From contig CAWCTR010000005.1 of assembly GCA_963798485.1 (NCBI GenBank), positions 32,001 to 96,000 of the forward strand: a stretch of 64,000 nucleotides of DNA, read 5' to 3'. This document shows, piece by piece, positions 41,189 to 51,653 of this stretch; within the stretch, counting starts at the first letter, position 1, and every line of letters begins with the position of its first letter. The notes below the pieces were generated by a model. It ran no database searches. It was not told where the DNA came from and saw nothing but the letters and a program-made list of their open reading frames with translations. Source of the stretch: an uncultured delta proteobacterium (GTDB lineage Bacteria > Desulfobacterota > Desulfomonilia > UBA1062). Made by a program: the position numbers and the translations under genes.

Positions 41189-42481
41189 ATGGGCAATGAA
41201 GTTTATGCCAACGGACGCGAAGTAGCGTGCAAGGCCGCAGATGGCAAGTCCATTTGTGCCTTTCCTGACGTGTGCTTCACACCGCCCCAGACACCGGTTA
41301 CCCCACCCGGGGTACCCATCCCCTACCCGAATACTGGATTGGCCTCGGACACCACGGATGGCAGCAAAAGTGTGAAGATCTCCGGCAAGGAAGTCATGCT
41401 GAAGAACAAGTCTTACTTTAAGAAAAGCACTGGCGACGAGGCCGGCTGCGCGCCAAAGAAAGGTGTAATAACAAGTAAGAACACAGGCAAGGTCTTCTTC
41501 AATGTCTGGTCCATGGATGTCAAGATAGAGGGAGAGAATGCTGTCAGGCATCTGGATTTAACCACCCATAATCATGCTTCTGTGCCGGGCGATACCCCAA
41601 CTTGGCCATATCTTGATAAGATGAGTGTAGCAAAAGCCACAGGTCCATGCAAAGATGAGATTAAAAAAGAAAAGAAAGCCTGTGAAGGTTGCAAGCCCGA
41701 TGGTGATAAGGATCCATGCCCGGAGCATAACCCACCCAAACAACCTGAAAAGTATAATAAGTATGTTAGGTCTTTAAAGGGAAAGGGCTTGTCAAAATCC
41801 GAGACAGAATCATTGGTCAATAAAGAGAAAGTGAAACCATATTATCAGGAACACAAGAAAGACGTTGAAAAATATTATGACGATCTTTCAAAAAAGAATT
41901 CCAATAATGAATGTCTAAAGGCCAGACGCTGCATGCTGCAACCTTACAGTCCTAAGCGATGTTGTCCCGGGCAAACAGCGCATCATTTAGTCGAAGCTGG
42001 ATGTTTTTTTGATGTCGGTAGGGGTGGTGATAATTCAACCCCACTTGCAGGTTCTAAGTACGATACCGATAAAGCACCGTGCATATGTGTTGAAGGACCA
42101 AACAATACCATGGGCACGCATGGCTTAATGCATTCATTGCAAGGATATGATGCAATTCAAAATCAGGATGAAAACGGCATCTTGAATTTAGCCAAAGGTA
42201 AAAAAACTCAAACAGGAACCGTAACGTATGGTCAGTCAAAGGAGTCCGGCGTAAATGCGGTAAAGGATGTATTTCCAGAGTCGGAATGTTCTGAAGAGTG
42301 TTTAAAGGCCCAGCTTGATGCTTATCATAACAAAGTTGGTGTAGATGATTCGACAAACATCAGGTCAAATCCTAGCGGAAGAACTAGTGAGGAAGATGTA
42401 TTGGCAGCAAGACAAAAGATCGAGAAGCTTAAACAAGAAGTTGTGAATAAGAAAAGCATCACAAAATTAAAAAGAAAATAA
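41189..42481 (+). CDS. DUF4150 (PAAR-like) effector with GHH2-type nuclease toxin domain
   Basis: FPDVCFTPP..PIPYPN..SMDVKIEG.NAVRHLD; C-terminal CCPGQTAHHLV, APCICVEG, GTHGLMH, AQLDAYH. Confidence 0.88.
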   Translation: MGNEVYANGREVACKAADGKSICAFPDVCFTPPQTPVTPPGVPIPYPNTGLASDTTDGSKSVKISGKEVMLKNKSYFKKSTGDEAGCAPKKGVITSKNTGKVFFNVWSMDVKIEGENAVRHLDLTTHNHASVPGDTPTWPYLDKMSVAKATGPCKDEIKKEKKACEGCKPDGDKDPCPEHNPPKQPEKYNKYVRSLKGKGLSKSETESLVNKEKVKPYYQEHKKDVEKYYDDLSKKNSNNECLKARRCMLQPYSPKRCCPGQTAHHLVEAGCFFDVGRGGDNSTPLAGSKYDTDKAPCICVEGPNNTMGTHGLMHSLQGYDAIQNQDENGILNLAKGKKTQTGTVTYGQSKESGVNAVKDVFPESECSEECLKAQLDAYHNKVGVDDSTNIRSNPSGRTSEEDVLAARQKIEKLKQEVVNKKSITKLKRK

Positions 42482-42582
42482 CCATAACGCATATTAGCTG
42501 TTAGTAATAGAATAGGATCCCATTGAAAATATGGGAGCACGAAAGGAAAGATAGTTGGAAAAATAATAATAGGAGATGCTCT

Positions 42583-43482
42583 ATGGCTGGGCACTGGACA
42601 GATGGATTTAGTTATTCGAGAGGCATTATATTTAGGCAGGATGAATTATATTTTATATTAACGAAAGATGAACTTGCTGGTGATAGTATTCCACATGCAG
42701 TTATTGCGGTTAACACAAAAGATGGATGGGATGCGATAGAAATTGAATATAATTTGGTGGGTATTGCTGTCGCTGAACACCCCAAGAAGGAAATTGTATT
42801 CATAGGAGAACATGGACAAGTTGAAGTAATTGATGCTGATGAATTATATAATGAGACTATTATCGATGATAAAAAGACACCCAAAAAATTGGGTCCTATG
42901 CGACAAGTGCGAGCCATCGATGGATATGCACATGCTGTTGGCATGGGAAATCAAATTTATAAACGTATTAATATAAACATATGGAATAGTATATCTGATG
43001 GAATAAATACAAAAAAAAACAAAATTCATTTTGAATCGATAGACGGCTTCTCTCCAAGCGATATATATACAGTCGGAAGAGGTGGTGAAATTTGGCATAA
43101 CGATGCAAAAGGCTGGAAACGAATTGATTCTCCCACAAACTTCATACTGACAGATGTTTGTTGCGCTGGAGATGGCAGTGTCTATGTATGTGGAAGATTG
43201 GGAATGTTGATAAAGGGCAGAAACAATAGATGGGAAATAATTGATCATGGATCTACGGTAGAGGATTTTTGGTCGCTTGCCTGGTATAAAAACAAGCTTT
43301 ATATTTCGACAACAAGCGCTCTATTTACGCTTGAGGAAAGTAACAGCTTGAAAATTGTGAATATGGGCGATGATATCCCTTCAAGTTGTTACCATGTCAG
43401 CACAGGGGATGGAATGTTATTATCTGTGGGACGAAAGGATGTGATGATTTTTGACGGAGAAGAATGGGAACGGATCGATTAA
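42583..43482 (+). CDS. Probable immunity protein (beta-propeller-like)
   Basis: AT-rich; directly after the toxin; repeated VG..G.I.....W blades; AGGAG RBS. Confidence 0.7.
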   Translation: MAGHWTDGFSYSRGIIFRQDELYFILTKDELAGDSIPHAVIAVNTKDGWDAIEIEYNLVGIAVAEHPKKEIVFIGEHGQVEVIDADELYNETIIDDKKTPKKLGPMRQVRAIDGYAHAVGMGNQIYKRININIWNSISDGINTKKNKIHFESIDGFSPSDIYTVGRGGEIWHNDAKGWKRIDSPTNFILTDVCCAGDGSVYVCGRLGMLIKGRNNRWEIIDHGSTVEDFWSLAWYKNKLYISTTSALFTLEESNSLKIVNMGDDIPSSCYHVSTGDGMLLSVGRKDVMIFDGEEWERID

Positions 43483-43503
43483 ACAAATTCAATCGAAGAA
43501 AAC

Positions 43504-44743
43504 ATGCAAACTAATATTAATGTAGTCACCCAGCACGCTGAAAATGCGGCCTTTCAATGGTTACTACGCGATCAGGCCGTGGGCCAGCCGCACTATGCAT
43601 TGAAAGACCTTGCCAAGCTTGATGCGATGGTAGAGGCACATATCGACGGCCTGCGCATCGCCGGGGATGCCGGGTGGGATATCTGCCTAGATCATCTGAC
43701 TTTTGAGCATGCCGGAGAGGTGTTTGCCGTTTCCATGCTTGCCTTTGAGACCGGCGATCAGTAACGGATCGATAAGGCCCTTGAATGTCGGCGCCGAATC
43801 AGCCGAGCTGTCCCGCGGAATCATATCAGCCATGGGCTGGCTGCCGCTGGAAAGTGTACTCCTCTACATCCAGGCCTTTCTTAAATCCGACGATCCCATG
43901 CTCCAGCGCATCGGCATCGGTGCTTCGGCGGTTCACCGATATTCACTGGCTAACCTGGATAAGTTCATGATGAATGACAGCCCGCTGGTTCGTGCACGAA
44001 CGCTGCGCATGGCAGGGGAACTGGGTTATGTGCGATATGCCGGGAATGTTGCGCAGGCGCTGGATGACCCTGATGACACCTGCCGTTTCTGGGCCGCATA
44101 CTCCAGCGTGCTCATGGGCAGTCTCACTGGTGCTGTGAAACTTCGAGAAGTTGCGGAGGCAAACGGACCGTTGGCAGAACGGGCAGCTGACCTGGTATGC
44201 AGGTGCATGCAGCAAGAGGATGCCATGGCTTGGCAGAAAGTCTTGTCAGGCAGCAAGGATACTCTCAGGAGCTCATTGAAGGCGGCCGTCGCCATCGGCG
44301 ACCCGGTGATCATGCCCTGGATCATGGAACAGATGCATAACCCCGAAATGGCAAGGGTTGCGGGTGAGGCCTTCACAAGCATCACCGGCGTGGATATTGC
44401 CTATAACGACCTGGAAGGTGAATTACCCGAAGGTTTTGAAGCAGGGCCGAACGACAATCCTGAGGATGAAAATGTGGCAATGGACCCGGATGAAAATCTG
44501 CCATGCCCTGCCCCTGCACTGATCGCTAAGTGGTGGGGGGAGAACCAGGGGCGCTTCAAAGCGGGTAAGCGTTATCTGCTCGGCAGGCCCATTGCTTTAG
44601 ATACGGTCCAGGCTGTGCTCCGAGAGGGTAAGCAGAGGCAGCGGGCCGCGGCGGCACTCGAGATGGTGCTGCTCTCTCCTGCTCAGCCTCTGTTTGAGGT
44701 GCGAGCCAGGGGCGATCTCCAGAAGCGGGCGCTGGGAGTATAA
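43504..44743 (+). pseudogene. TIGR02270-family T6SS accessory protein, disrupted
   Basis: QHAENAAF.W, EAHIDGL, ARVAGEAF..ITG, QRQR.AAALE; in-frame TAA at 43762 and +1 shift near 43786. Confidence 0.85.
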
Positions 44744-44801
44744 GATAGACCCCATCAAAGAATATATCCAGGGATGCCGGTTCGCAGGATTGCTTTCCGG
44801 G

Positions 44802-44973
44802 ATGACGGCTTGGATCGGTGCTCTGTTCCTTGTTTTCTCGTTCGCTATCTTTTTGTTATCCCTGAAAGACCATATGAAGTGGTAATGCCATAGCGAGCAC
44901 AACCCGTCTTAAGGTCGCGATCATCTTCACCCTTGTAGGCCTCGGCCTGATCTTTTTGCAAACCATCATGTAA
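44802..44973 (+). pseudogene. Small 2-TM protein with a +1 frameshift
   Basis: MTAWIGALFLVFSFAIFLLSLKDHMK / GNAIASTTRLKVAIIFTLVGLGLIFLQTIM*, joined by removing one base near 44880. Confidence 0.45.
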
Positions 44974-45030
44974 ACCCGTATTCTGCTGAACCCGACAAGT
45001 GTCGGCTCCCATTATCATGGAGGTTCCCTT

Positions 45031-46568
45031 ATGAAGAAACCCATTTCTTTCGGGTCCATCGGATTCGAGCTGGTCTCCTCCCTGGAGGAGGCAAAGGTCG
45101 CCCCTGATCCCGGCGAACCCTTCAGGATCTGCGTCCTGGGCGATTTCAGCGGCAGGGCGAGCCGGGGCGTCAGGGAATCTCTAAAGACGAGGAAAACCAT
45201 AGCCGTGGACAGGGATAACGATCGATGATGTGATCCAAAAGGTAAAACCCAGGGTTGTTTTCGATGTCCTTGATCAGGAGATCGATGTCTCCTTTGAAAG
45301 CCTCGACTCCTTTCATCCCGATGAGCTCTTCACCAGGATCGAGCTGTTTCGGTCCCTCAAAGACACGAGGAGAAAACTCGGTGACCCCAGGACCCACAAC
45401 GCAGCACTGAAAGAGCTACGCATCCTGATCGGGGGGGAAGAGGCTCAGGAAGCGCCCAAGGCCAGGGCGCAGGAAAAGCCTGAGGCCCCCAAGGGCAATA
45501 TCCTTGACCGGATCGTGAGCGATACCCAGGAAGGGACCCTGGAGAAATCCGGCAGGACCGGCAGAGGGGATCTGGCCGATTTCGTGGAAGCGATCGTGAA
45601 GCCGTACCGCGTAGCGGCAAAAGACCCGTCCGAGGACCGCATCAGGGAGGCGTTCGATGCGTACATTTCCCTGCTCATGGCAGAGGTTCTCCATCATGAA
45701 TGCATGCAGGGAATTGAGGCTGCCTGGCGCGGGCTTAAATTCCTGGTCTTCAGGGCAGAAACCGACGAGGACCTCGATATCCGGCTCCTGGACGTTTCAA
45801 AGGAAGAGCTCGCCGATGATCTGCTCTCAGCCGATGATCTCACTGAGACCGACACTTACCGGCTGTTTGTCAAAGAGCCGGTCTCATCGCCGGATGGGAA
45901 GCCCTGGGCGGTACTTATCGGGAACTACGCCTTTGACTACGATGACGCGGAAGTCCTGGGACGCATGTCCAAGATCGCGGCAGCAGCAGGGGCCCCATTC
46001 ATTGCCCGGGCCCACCCCCACCTGATGGGCTGCGGGTCATCGAATGATCAGGCACGCCCTGATTCCTGGGACTACACGCCCGGTGCGGATGCCGGGCAGG
46101 CATGGGATGCCCTACGGAATCTTCCCGAGGCAGTGTATATCGGCCTCGCCGCACCCCGGTTTCTGCTGCGCCTTCCCTATGGCCGGGACACCGACCCTGT
46201 GGAGGTCTTTGATTTTGAGGAGACAGCCGGGGAATTTGCCCATGAGCATTACCTCTGGGGCAACCCTGCATTCGCGTGCGCATGCCTGCTGGCAGGGGCC
46301 TTCAGCCGGGAAGGGTGGTCCATGATCCCCGGGCGTTGTGAATGACATTGAAGGCCTCCCGCTCCATTCTATAGAGGTAAACGGAGAATCCCGGCTTACG
46401 CCGTGCGCCGAGATCCTTCTCACGGACAAGGCCGCCCAGGCCATTCTCGATCGGGGTATCATGCCCCTTGCCACCATCAAGGGAACGGATTCAGCGCGGC
46501 TTGTCCGTTTCCAGTCTCTGGCCTTGCCTTTGGCAGGATTACAAGGCAGGTGGGAAGGCAACTACTGA
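45031..46568 (+). pseudogene. TssB-TssC fusion sheath-like protein, two +1 frameshifts
   Basis: PFRICVLGDFSG, DRDN, DSFHPD (TssB-like), then EAAWRGL, PRFLLRLPYG, YLWGNPA (TssC-like); shifts near 45220 and 46334. Confidence 0.85.
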
Positions 46569-46668
46569 ACCTGAATTTCATCGGCATAAGCTATTCATCG
46601 GTCATTGCGAGCATCGCACAGCGGTCGTGGCTCGCTGTTATCCATGGAAGAAACTTTGCGCAAGCCTT

Positions 46669-46822
46669 ACAGTTCGGGTGCCCCTCTTTTTTAAAGAGGG
46701 GACAGGGGAGATTTGCCTTTTCCCCCACAATGTCCCAAATTTGGAATGTGCATTCAAATCCCTCCTGGCCTCCCTTTACAAAAGGGAGGGACTTGGCAGC
46801 ACGATCCAGCCCCCATAACTGT
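46669..46822. repeat. Palindromic miniature element (CCCCTCTTT..AAAGAGGGG type)
   Basis: Two short hairpins, GGAGATTT/AAATCCC inverted pair, ACAGTT/AACTGT ends. Confidence 0.55.
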
Positions 46823-46867
46823 CATTTTCTAACCTAATGATATTACCAACTTTAATCAAGTTTCTTA

Positions 46868-47126
46868 GGAGGAGCCTAAGGCGACGTGGACAAATATCTG
46901 CAGAAAAGCAGAAATTGACGCATCGAAGGTGCACCCTTCAGGGCGAAGGCCATGGAAGACCCGAGTCACAATTCGGCAGGATAGCTGAGTTGGACACACT
47001 TTACATGCGCCCAAAGGGCGAGGGATGAGGATATCCGAGTCAATCTCTACAAATCTATAATGTGCCAAGATGCAGGGATTGCTTCGCTACGCTCGCAATG
47101 ACCAATATAGGGTTATGCAAAGGTCT
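46868..47126. mobile_element. Interrupted, 5'-truncated copy of the MITE at 49674
   Basis: GGAGCC.AAGGCGACGTGG [~150 bp insert] CAATCTC...GCTCGCAATGAC...GGTTATGCAAAGGTCT. Confidence 0.7.
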
Positions 47127-47144
47127 TAACCGGTAAACAACTAG

Positions 47145-48645
47145 ATGAGCAGTGAAGGGAAACAGCCATCTGTAAAGAATACCCCGGCCATGCTTGTGAA
47201 GGTGATCAGGGGCCAGGCGCGGGAATCGGAGAAGCGCTTCACCGGCACCTTCCTTGTGGGGAGGACCAAGGAATGCGACATTCAGGTCAAGGAGTCGTCC
47301 GTCAGCCGGAATCATTTGCAGATCTCATTCGACAATAAGCAATGGCGGGTGAAAGACCTGGAAAGTGCAAACGGAACCTTCCTGAACGGCGCACGGATAC
47401 TCGATGAATTGCTGCCTGATCATGCCCAGGTCGAGCTCGGCACCGGCGGCCCTATCCTGGAGCTTACCATCGAGAGGCCTCAACCCCCCAAGGCCGAGGA
47501 GACCTTGAGCACCACCAGGGACTTCACCTCGGAGACCCAGATCATCAAGCACTATTTCGACAAGAAGGGTTCCGAAGACATCGGCGAACAGACCCTCATG
47601 TTCAGGCGCGCCTTCGATCGGGCGCACAAGAAGAAATCGAAAAAGTATCTCTACATTATCGGTGCGGTGGTCGGTGTTGCCATTATCATCCTGGGCATTA
47701 CGGCCGGGGTCATTCACCATCAGAAACAGGTCATTTCCCTCCAGAGACAAAAACTCGATTCCTTAAGAAAAACTGCTGAAAACATCTACTATGCCATGAA
47801 ATCCCTGGAGGTCCAGATCGGACAGCTGGAAGACATTGTCATCCTGAACGCCAAAGCGGATCAGATAAAAGACCTCCTCGAAAAACGTAAGCAGCTTGCT
47901 GAGATGTCAAAGCAATATGATAATTTTGTATCAGAGATAGGGGTTTATAAGAAGTCACCCGTAGAAAAGCAGATCATTTTCAAAATGGCGCGCGTCTTTG
48001 GCGAGTGCGATGTCAATGTGCCCGATGGCTTTGTACGGGAGGTGCTTCGCTATATCGGCATATGGAAGTCATCAGGGCTGCTGAAGGAGGCATTGTACCG
48101 GGCCGAATCGAGAGGCTATACGCCTGTAATAATCAAGGCAATGAAAGAGAACAACCTCCCGCCGCACTTCTTGTACCTGGCTTTACGCGAGAGCGATTTC
48201 GATCCAAAGGCAGTCGGTAAATACACCAGGTATGGATATGCCAAGGGGATCTGGCAGTTCATCCCGGAGACGGCGCAGCATTACGGACTGAAGATCGGCC
48301 CGTTGTATCAGCAAGGGGTGTATGACCCGTTTGACGAACGGTTCCAGTTCGAAAAGGCCACCATGGCTGCGGCAAGGTATATCAGGGACATCAACAACAC
48401 CGAGGCCCAGGCCTCAGGGCTGCTGGCAATGGCATCTTACAACTGGGGAGAGAACAATGTCAGGGAAATCATCCGGAGAATGCCGGAAAACCCCCGCGAC
48501 CGCAATTTCTGGCGTCTTCTGAAAATTGCAAAGGTCCCGAAAGAGACATATGATTATGTTTTCTCCATCTTTTCTGCTGCGGTTATCTGTGAGAATCCCG
48601 CGTCTTTTCGGGTTTGACTTTGACGCCCCGCGAATACTCGATTGA
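47145..48645 (+). CDS. FHA-TM-coiled coil-lytic transglycosylase (MltD/SLT-like); +1 shift near 48600
   Basis: VGR..VSRNH..DLESANGT FHA; TM; LRESDF, AKGIWQFIP, ASYNWGE, PKET.DYV; shifted frame gives NPRLFGFDF (unshifted ORF stops at 48617). Confidence 0.9.
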
Positions 48646-48701
48646 AATATAATCAGGTTAAAAAACAAGGGCCCTTGCGCACAAGCTATGAGGGGCACTG
48701 A

Positions 48702-49616
48702 TCACTTCTTGAAAAAATCTTTGAAGAACGATTTTTCCTTCTTGTCATCGCCCGCAGGGGAAGGTTTCGGTTTTTCTTTTGGCGCCGAAGGCGCCTGTTC
48801 CTCTTCTTCGTGCTCGGCAAGCCGTCCTTCTCCGAGGAAGCGCAACGCAGGACCGTTCGGGGCAAGGACAAGTATATCCTGGGGTTTCATGGGTGCTTCA
48901 AATCCTATTGCAACCCCGTTGATGGAAATGCTGTTGCGGCCGGTGAGGTCCCTCACCCAGTACTGGTCGGCGTTGAAGAAGATCTGCGCATGCTCCTCGG
49001 CAATTGCAGGATGATTCAGCACGAACTCACAATCCGACTTTTTGCCGATGATGACAGGGAGCTCTTTGTACGAGCGCAGCGTAGGCCCGAGCTGGATAAT
49101 GAGCGGGGCCTGCACCTTCATGACCGGCTGGCGCGGTTGAGAAGACGGCTTTGGCGCTTCTTTGAGCGGGATGAAGGAATCCACCGGCAAGGCCGGAGGC
49201 ACAACCCTTTCGACAGGGGTCGGCGGGACTGCTTTAGGGGCTGGGGTCGGCACAGGGGCAGGGGCTGCAGTGACCTTCTCGACCTGTACGGCATCGGTGA
49301 TCTTTGCCAGGAAGCTTGCCTTGGGGCCGCCCTCGGCGAGCATGATTATATCGCCGTCTTTGAGAAAGGCCTCGGTTATCTTCTTGCCATTGACAAAGGT
49401 GCCGTTCGCACTGTGGTCAACAAGCTTGTACCTGTTCCCTTCACGGACGAGCTCTGCATGCTTGCGCGAAATGGTGGTGAGCTCGGCAGGGAACTGCACC
49501 TGGCAGGATTGGTGCCTGCCCATGGATATGGCCGGTTCGGTAAACTCCTGAATCTGTCCTTTCAGCGGTCCCTGGATGTGGACGAGCTGGACGATGATGA
49601 CCGGCAACTCTTTCAT
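48702..49616 (-). CDS. Double FHA-domain protein
   Basis: GRH..ISRKHA..SANGTFVNG; Pro-rich linker; second degenerate FHA (GKK..AEEHA). Confidence 0.88.
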   Translation of the reverse strand: MKELPVIIVQLVHIQGPLKGQIQEFTEPAISMGRHQSCQVQFPAELTTISRKHAELVREGNRYKLVDHSANGTFVNGKKITEAFLKDGDIIMLAEGGPKASFLAKITDAVQVEKVTAAPAPVPTPAPKAVPPTPVERVVPPALPVDSFIPLKEAPKPSSQPRQPVMKVQAPLIIQLGPTLRSYKELPVIIGKKSDCEFVLNHPAIAEEHAQIFFNADQYWVRDLTGRNSISINGVAIGFEAPMKPQDILVLAPNGPALRFLGEGRLAEHEEEEQAPSAPKEKPKPSPAGDDKKEKSFFKDFFKK

Positions 49617-49673
49617 AAGGCCTTGAAAATTACAAGGGAAGCAACTGTCTGTCAAGAAAATTGAGAGGATACT

Positions 49674-49813
49674 AGACCTTAGCATAACCTACTCATGGGT
49701 CATTGCGAGGAGCCGAAGGCGACGTGGCAATCTCGATAAATCCAGACTGTGCCAAGATGCAGAGATTGCTTCGCTTCGCTCGCAATGACTAACATAGGGT
49801 TATGCAAAGGTCT
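49674..49813. mobile_element. MITE with AGACCTT.GCATAACC terminal inverted repeats enclosing a GTCATTGCGAG palindrome pair
   Basis: AGACCTTAGCATAACC ... GGTTATGCAAAGGTCT; inner GTCATTGCGAG/CTCGCAATGAC and GCAATCTC/GAGATTGC. Confidence 0.75.
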
Positions 49814-49911
49814 CGATACAGGTAATCCTCAATTGATGGGTGGTGTGCGGCAGGCATACGCCTTCGAAGGGATTCATTGAGGCATAATCTTTCTATTGAG
49901 CGAGGGAAGGG

Positions 49912-50640
49912 ATGGCTTTGAAAATTCAGGGCATCGGCAAGACCGATGTCGGTTTGAAGAGGACGAACAATGAGGATGCCTTTGTTCTAAGGCCCGATCT
50001 GGGGTTCTGGGCAGTGGCCGACGGTATGGGGGGTGCTGCTGCCGGAGAGGTTGCGAGCCGTATCTTTGTAGAGACCGCGACAGAGGCCTTTGCCTCAAAC
50101 AGCACTGAAGAGACCCAGATGGACCGCGTGAAGAATGCCTTCACCCTGGCCAACAGGAGGATGCTCGATCATGTGGCCTTACACCCCGATCATGCAGGGA
50201 TGGGGTGCACGGCAGAGATCCTTGCCATATCAGGCGATGATATTTTTATCGGGCATGTGGGAGACAGCCGGACCTACCGCCTGAGAAATGCCGATTTGAA
50301 GCAGCTTTCAGTAGATCACTCCCTTGTGCAGGAGCAGATCAAACAGGGGCTCATCAGCGAGCAGGATGCAAGGAGCCATGCAATGCGCCATGTGATTTTA
50401 CGGGCGGTGGGGAATAAGGAACCAATCGAGATCGATCTCCTCAAGGGCAAGGGCCTGCCGGGCGACATCTTCCTTTTATGCTCGGACGGCCTGACCGATA
50501 TGGTTGATGATGCGGCTATCCGGGACTGTTTAAACCGGGGGGAAAGCCTTCAGGCCCTTGCCGATCAACTCATCGATCTGGCAAAGGCCGCAGGCGGCAA
50601 GGATAATATTACGGTCGTGCTGGTCAAGCTGCTTGGCTGA
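49912..50640 (+). CDS. PP2C Ser/Thr phosphatase (PppA/Stp1-like)
   Basis: NED, VADGMGG, HVGDSR, LCSDGL, GGKDNIT. Confidence 0.95.
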   Translation: MALKIQGIGKTDVGLKRTNNEDAFVLRPDLGFWAVADGMGGAAAGEVASRIFVETATEAFASNSTEETQMDRVKNAFTLANRRMLDHVALHPDHAGMGCTAEILAISGDDIFIGHVGDSRTYRLRNADLKQLSVDHSLVQEQIKQGLISEQDARSHAMRHVILRAVGNKEPIEIDLLKGKGLPGDIFLLCSDGLTDMVDDAAIRDCLNRGESLQALADQLIDLAKAAGGKDNITVVLVKLLG

Positions 50641-50660
50641 CAAAGGAATGAAGCAAATTT

Positions 50661-51650
50661 ATGTCCTCTAAGAGTCTCTTCTATCAAAAGAAATTCATCG
50701 CCACGATGTTCATGGCCCTCATGCTGTATGCCTGCCTCGCATGGGCTGAAGAGGGTTTTGAGAGCAAGGTCTTCCCGATCCCCAGATATGAAGCCGAACA
50801 GGTTGTTACGGATTGGCTGAGGCATGAGGGATACAGTGTGAGCAAGACAACAGGCGAGAATTCGGTCCTGGTGAGGGCAACACAGAAAGCCCAAGAAATG
50901 AGAGTCGTCTTGAAGCACCATTCCCCGCTGTCTACGGAGATATCGATAGATAACACCGCCATGGCGGGCCATGCCGGTGCATTATGGAAATACCTGACAG
51001 GTTACATGCAGGGATACACCTCCACGCAGGAAGATCAGGTCAGCCCGGGCGACCTGCAGAATAAGTCTTCTCTTCAGGATGAATCAAAAAAGAAGGTGCC
51101 TGCACCTATCTTGAATAGGATCGATGCGGTTGTCTGCATCAAGGCCTTAGGGAAGAACAACCCCGCTCAGCTCACCGGGTACATCGTAGACAAGGATGGG
51201 TTGATCATCTGTACGGCGCACACCCTTCAAAAGCCGCAGGTGCTCGCCATTTTTCTCTCAAACGGCCTCCGGGTTGAAGGAAAAATCATCAGGGTTGATA
51301 AACAAAAGGACCTTGCCCTGATCGATTGCAACCACCATTTTTCAGAGGTGATCTCGCTGAACAACGGCAAGGTAATGCCTGAAACAGGTCAGAAGGTCTT
51401 CTCAATAGGTTATCCCCTTGACCATGGGAATAAGATACTGACAGGCTTTATCAGCGGTCCGCCGAGGCTCGTCGAGGGCCAGCCCCTCCTCCAGGCCAGG
51501 ATGGTTGTGGAGCCCGGCAGCAGCGGGAGCCCTGTCTTTGACGCAGGGGGAAACCTCGTGGCCATGGTGAAGGGGAGGCTAAAAGGTGACAATCTCTCAG
51601 GGCTGCTTATCCCTTTGGAAACGATTATCTCATTTATAAAGGAAAGGTAG
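50661..51650 (+). CDS. Exported trypsin-like (S1) serine protease
   Basis: Signal peptide; TAH, DLALI, GSSGSP triad. Confidence 0.88.
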   Translation: MSSKSLFYQKKFIATMFMALMLYACLAWAEEGFESKVFPIPRYEAEQVVTDWLRHEGYSVSKTTGENSVLVRATQKAQEMRVVLKHHSPLSTEISIDNTAMAGHAGALWKYLTGYMQGYTSTQEDQVSPGDLQNKSSLQDESKKKVPAPILNRIDAVVCIKALGKNNPAQLTGYIVDKDGLIICTAHTLQKPQVLAIFLSNGLRVEGKIIRVDKQKDLALIDCNHHFSEVISLNNGKVMPETGQKVFSIGYPLDHGNKILTGFISGPPRLVEGQPLLQARMVVEPGSSGSPVFDAGGNLVAMVKGRLKGDNLSGLLIPLETIISFIKER

Positions 51651-51653
51651 GAT

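Noticed and set aside
48810-49664. 284-aa plus-strand ORF
   Set aside because: Antisense to the double-FHA gene, which carries the real motifs.
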